In this document: positions 51,524 to 54,969 of the stretch, one piece after another | Layout: every line of letters starts with the position of its first letter | How positions within the stretch are numbered: position 1 is the first letter of the stretch | Made by a program: the position numbers and the translations under genes | NCBI GenBank assembly: GCA_050693155.1 | Contig: JBOGWA010000099.1 | Coordinates: 1 to 54,969, forward strand | DNA length: 54,969 nt | Origin: Actinomycetota bacterium | GTDB taxonomy: Bacteria > Actinomycetota > UBA4738 > CALAEC01 | Direction of reading: 5' to 3' | The notes under the pieces: model-generated | What the model saw: the letters and a program-made list of their open reading frames with translations, nothing else | Database searches by the model: none | Told to the model about the DNA's origin: nothing

Positions 51524-53347
51524 TCACCGAACGTCGCTCAGGAGTCTCTTGATGTTTTCATCGTTTGGCCAGTACGCCAGACACTGCTCCCAGCAATGGG
51601 CCGCTTCCAGACACTTCTCTGTGATCGCGTGGCTGTCGGGATTCAGAAGGTAGTAGATCAGTGATCCGAGCATGCTCCAGGCGTTTCCCCATTTCTCTTC
51701 GGGGATCGGCAGCTCAGGCATGGCCGCGACGAACTCGCGATGCCAGCGAATGGCCCCCTCCCTCTGGACCGCGTCGCGGAGGATGTCATTCATCAGCGCC
51801 GACACGCGCCGGATCTGCTCGTATGGCTGTTCCCGGTCAACATCGATCCAGGACTCGCCCGCCTCTGCCTGCTCGATGGTCGCGATAGCTTTCGAAACGG
51901 CCTGATAGACCTCGGCCACGTTGCTCTGCAGATGTGGTCGGAGGTAATCAAGCGCTCGCGAGTCGCCGAGTCGGCCGAGCGCCGTGGCCGCAGCCGCTAC
52001 CCGCTGGAAGTGACCGGTTTGCAGCTCCTCGCAGAGCGCCTGGAACGCACGCTCCCCGCCGATGAGACTCAAGGCGTGGTGCGCGTCGCTGGTGCGAGAG
52101 AGTGCCCGGATCAACGGCTCGACAGCGACGTCACCAAGAGCCGCCGCCTGCTTCGCTTCCTCGAATGCGTGTGCATGGAAGCGCGTGTTCAACCCCGTCT
52201 CGATGTCAGGCTCCATCTGAGAGATCACGGCTTCGACGGACGGCCCCTCTTGCTCCGCCGCCGTCGGAGTTGGGGATTCGGCCGAGCCGAGGACATATGG
52301 CTCGGCATGAGTATGCCGCGAAGGCAGCGGCTGTTGGGCAGCAGGTTCCGTCCCGTATTGGACGTCGATGGTGAACGTGATGTTGATCCCGCCCCGAATA
52401 GGGTCCGTCCGAGCCTCGTGCGAGATGTTTGTTCCTACCGGGACCGCCAGGATGGCGCTGATGAACGGTGGGGTCGCCGGATCGTCCGGGTCAAGGGCCT
52501 TGACGAAGGCCTCGGCTCCAGCCGTGAACAGACGCCGCCCGGCCTCCTCATCCGCAACCCATGCCGTGGCGCTTACCTGCTTCGGCTCGGAGGCCTTCGA
52601 GGCGATGCGACGAAGCGCACTCTCGATTCCCAACCGGACGAACTGGTCACCTTCCTCTTGGAGACGAGCCTTCAGTTGATCCACCGCGGCTGAGCCAAAA
52701 GCCCCGACCGCATCTGTTTCGGTCGCGAGGGGGTCGCTCACCACCATGTCCAGCAGCTCCGGCGTTCCTGCGTAGCCTTTCTTGGCGGCCTCGTGAAGGC
52801 GGCCGATGAAGACACCCACCACAGGTTCGATGCCTCTCGGGTCCCCGATCTTGCTCAACGCTTGCGCCGCCACGGCCCCGGCGTCTAGGAACGCGATCAG
52901 ACCTTCGACGGCGCGTGGGTCCCCAATCTCCCCAAGGACGAAGGCAACTGCTTCGCGGAGGAGCGAGTCCTCGCCCGTGTTGCTCAGAACCGAGAGGAGT
53001 TCGTCGAGGGCACGAGGATCCTTGAATACACGAGGATCCTTGAACAAGGCGAGGGCTATCACAGCCCCCCTTCGTGCCTCTTGGTTCCCGGTCTTGAGAA
53101 TGTCGAGGAGGCCGCCGACGGTGGCGAGCGCCCGGACGACCTCCCTGGCGAGCGTTCGCGTCCCCAGCTCCAACGTGGAGCTTGGACTGAGAAACCCGAC
53201 GAGCAGAGGAACGACCCGCGGATCCCCGATCTCTACGAGGGCTCGCGCCGCTTCGTCGCGGATATCGGGTCTCTCCAAGGCCTTGATGAGACCCTCCACG
53301 TCTTTCGCGGCTCGGAACTTCTTTACGTTCGGACCGAAGAGCGGCAT
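51524..53347 (-). CDS. HEAT-repeat protein (PBS-lyase-type HEAT repeats) of unknown function
   Basis: 607 aa. Repeated 'R..A..ALG.IGDPRA...L' units appear at both ends ('ARALVEIGDPRVVPLL', 'VLGEIGDPRAVEGL', 'ALSKIGDPRGIEPV', 'ALGRLGDSRALDYL'). A non-repeat insert of about 150 aa lies in the middle. Confidence 0.7.
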   Translation of the reverse strand: MPLFGPNVKKFRAAKDVEGLIKALERPDIRDEAARALVEIGDPRVVPLLVGFLSPSSTLELGTRTLAREVVRALATVGGLLDILKTGNQEARRGAVIALALFKDPRVFKDPRALDELLSVLSNTGEDSLLREAVAFVLGEIGDPRAVEGLIAFLDAGAVAAQALSKIGDPRGIEPVVGVFIGRLHEAAKKGYAGTPELLDMVVSDPLATETDAVGAFGSAAVDQLKARLQEEGDQFVRLGIESALRRIASKASEPKQVSATAWVADEEAGRRLFTAGAEAFVKALDPDDPATPPFISAILAVPVGTNISHEARTDPIRGGINITFTIDVQYGTEPAAQQPLPSRHTHAEPYVLGSAESPTPTAAEQEGPSVEAVISQMEPDIETGLNTRFHAHAFEEAKQAAALGDVAVEPLIRALSRTSDAHHALSLIGGERAFQALCEELQTGHFQRVAAAATALGRLGDSRALDYLRPHLQSNVAEVYQAVSKAIATIEQAEAGESWIDVDREQPYEQIRRVSALMNDILRDAVQREGAIRWHREFVAAMPELPIPEEKWGNAWSMLGSLIYYLLNPDSHAITEKCLEAAHCWEQCLAYWPNDENIKRLLSDVR

Positions 53348-53369
53348 GCGAGCCTCCTAGGACGCCCGA

Positions 53370-54950
53370 TCATGTCTGCGGCACGCAGCTCTCGACCGTC
53401 TGGCGAAGATCGGCGGTCGGCGGGGGAAAGTAGGCGATGACGACGTTTCCGAGAACATCGGTCCGTCCGGAACCAACCGGCAACTGGGCGAACGCGAGGG
53501 CGTGTGCTTCGTCCGCGGCTTGGGCCGTGGGCAAGATGGCAAGAAGGACGACGGTCGCTTCGGGGGTAACGAAGGTCAGGGCCTCCGCATTCGGGACACC
53601 GCCAGGGGTTCGCTCTACGGCAAACCCCTCCTCCGTCAAGCAGGACGAGATCTCCGCCGCGCTTGGTGGACCCGAGGCGGTGACCCCCGAGTCGTCACCT
53701 CCGAAGACGGTCAGCGCTAGAGCAATACCCCCACCGATGAGCGAGATCCCGACGATGCCGAGGATCAGCGCCCACCTCGGGATAAGAGGTCCCCGTGCAG
53801 TCGGTACAGCCACGGGCTGGGGCATGGCGAACGGAGTCGGCTGCGGCTGCGCCACCGGCTGAACGGGGGAGACCGACGAGGGTGGGGCAAGCGACTGCGG
53901 TGCAACGGTCGGCGATGACTCGAAATATCGCTCGCGCAGAAGCGCCAGCACCTCGAGGATCTCCGATGTGCCCTGGCTCGCGGCCAGCGCCTTCAGCTCG
54001 GCTGCCGTCGTTGGCTCAAGCCGAATCTGCCCCGCCCGGATCGCATCGACATGTCTGGCCAAGGCAGCGGCGAGATCCCCGAGGTCCATCCCTTCGGCCA
54101 CGTAGTGGAGGTAGAGATATGAGCCAACGTCGCCCCCGCGGTTCGGGAGCGTCTCTTGGCAGTGGATGCCTTGAGCCCACCAATACACGGCCTCGGCCAG
54201 GTTCCCGGATCGCCACTCGACCTCACCGAGCTTCTCGCAGAATCCGTACTTACTCTTGGATCGCTCGATTCCCCGGCGGAGCACCTCGCGAGCACGGTCG
54301 AGGTGTCCCATGGCAAGAAGCGCCTGGCCCGACCACAGATACCCGAGATCAAAGTCCGGGAAGCGATCGATGACCCCTTGAGCCTCCGTCACGCGCGACT
54401 CGCGCTCCATCTGCCTCATTCGATCGAGTACGGCGGAGAACTCCGGGTCGCGCCAACTCCTCGGCTCCTCCACTTCCTGGAACGCGGGCGTGAGGCATCG
54501 AGTGACGTAGTCCTGGCTGGGAGCGGCAGCCGGTCCCGTTTGCGCCGGAGTCGCGACCTCGATTGGCGCCGGGGCCTGAGCGGACTCGTGCCAGAACACC
54601 AGCGTTGCCGTGTGGGTCCCGTCCGGGCCCGTCGCTTCGAAGGACTGCGTGGGGGTCCCGTAGTCGGGTATCGCACCCGCGTTCTTGTGCCCCACGTAGA
54701 GGCCTTCGATCGTCTCGAGGGTCGGGCGGTCGAGCCTTCCAACTAGCTGCCAGCCACGAATCTGGGGAACCGTCCCATAGTGCTCCTGCACGACCCTGGC
54801 GACATACGTATCGGGGTCACCGGCGGGCGGCGTGCTTCCCTCCCGGAAGAGAACAACGCTCACGACCGTGGGCACGCCACCGGCGGGTACCTTCGGCGCG
54901 GGCCGCTCGTAGACGAGCACCGGGTCGTGAACGTAGGGGCTCTGGAACAT
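53370..54950 (-). CDS. Single-pass membrane protein of unknown function (cytoplasmic N-domain plus TPR-like region, TM helix, 2-Cys extracytoplasmic C-domain of about 100 aa)
   Basis: 526 aa. It has TPR-like helices ('GYLWSGQALLAMGHLDRAREVLRRGI', 'GNLAEAVYWWAQGI'), a Pro/Gln-rich linker, the TM helix 'WALILGIVGISLIGGGIALALTVF' and a C-terminal domain with two Cys. No family was recognised. Confidence 0.55.
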   Translation of the reverse strand: MFQSPYVHDPVLVYERPAPKVPAGGVPTVVSVVLFREGSTPPAGDPDTYVARVVQEHYGTVPQIRGWQLVGRLDRPTLETIEGLYVGHKNAGAIPDYGTPTQSFEATGPDGTHTATLVFWHESAQAPAPIEVATPAQTGPAAAPSQDYVTRCLTPAFQEVEEPRSWRDPEFSAVLDRMRQMERESRVTEAQGVIDRFPDFDLGYLWSGQALLAMGHLDRAREVLRRGIERSKSKYGFCEKLGEVEWRSGNLAEAVYWWAQGIHCQETLPNRGGDVGSYLYLHYVAEGMDLGDLAAALARHVDAIRAGQIRLEPTTAAELKALAASQGTSEILEVLALLRERYFESSPTVAPQSLAPPSSVSPVQPVAQPQPTPFAMPQPVAVPTARGPLIPRWALILGIVGISLIGGGIALALTVFGGDDSGVTASGPPSAAEISSCLTEEGFAVERTPGGVPNAEALTFVTPEATVVLLAILPTAQAADEAHALAFAQLPVGSGRTDVLGNVVIAYFPPPTADLRQTVESCVPQT

Positions 54951-54969
54951 GGCTTGTTCCTGCGGATCG

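Overview
This is a GC-rich bacterial chromosomal segment. I called about 57 protein-coding genes, two tRNAs (Arg-CCT and Thr-TGT) and a few regulatory sites. All calls come from reading the six-frame translations and recognising motifs from memory. No database search was run. I found no rRNA, CRISPR array, transposase, integrase or recognisable phage-defence gene.

The backbone is housekeeping. It holds clpC, radA, carD, a PIN/TRAM gene, ispD, ispF, rlmB and a SigH-type sigma factor on the minus strand between about 40 and 51 kb. It also holds groEL with a CIRCE operator, thrC, galU, moeA, uppP, MTAP, two tandem glutamate dehydrogenases, and a glucosylglycerate (gpgS plus HAD phosphatase) and trehalose (otsA/otsB) compatible-solute cluster. 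The gene content (CarD, DUF3263, LytR_C, GpgS, SigH-like sigma, SLH domains, CIRCE) suggests a deep-branching Actinomycetota-like organism, which is an inference.

The less ordinary content is extracytoplasmic:
- (i) A threonine-rich collagen-like (BclA-like) secreted protein lies in an apparent operon with a 731-aa polytopic membrane protein. Two more very large polytopic proteins, a TPR lipoprotein and a small secreted protein lie within about 8 kb. My best candidate for an undescribed system is dedicated extracytoplasmic glycosylation or assembly of a bacterial collagen.
- (ii) A bacterial lysyl-oxidase homologue keeps its copper-binding His motif and the LTQ Lys and Tyr. It lies behind a DUF4389 membrane gene and against a tRNA-Thr.
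- (iii) A galactose-oxidase/GlxA-like radical copper oxidase sits between clpC and radA.
- (iv) A CsoR-CopB copper-efflux pair has a near-perfect palindromic operator.

Other items worth a second look:
- an MTAP gene with no canonical start codon at its conserved N-terminus
- a roughly 300-nt ORF-free leader ahead of a 50-aa zinc-ribbon-like gene
- an Rrf2/DUF4395/membrane-thioredoxin module
- a NIL-domain gene paired with an atypical receiver gene
- an uncharacterised HEAT-repeat and membrane-anchored TPR-like gene pair at the right edge
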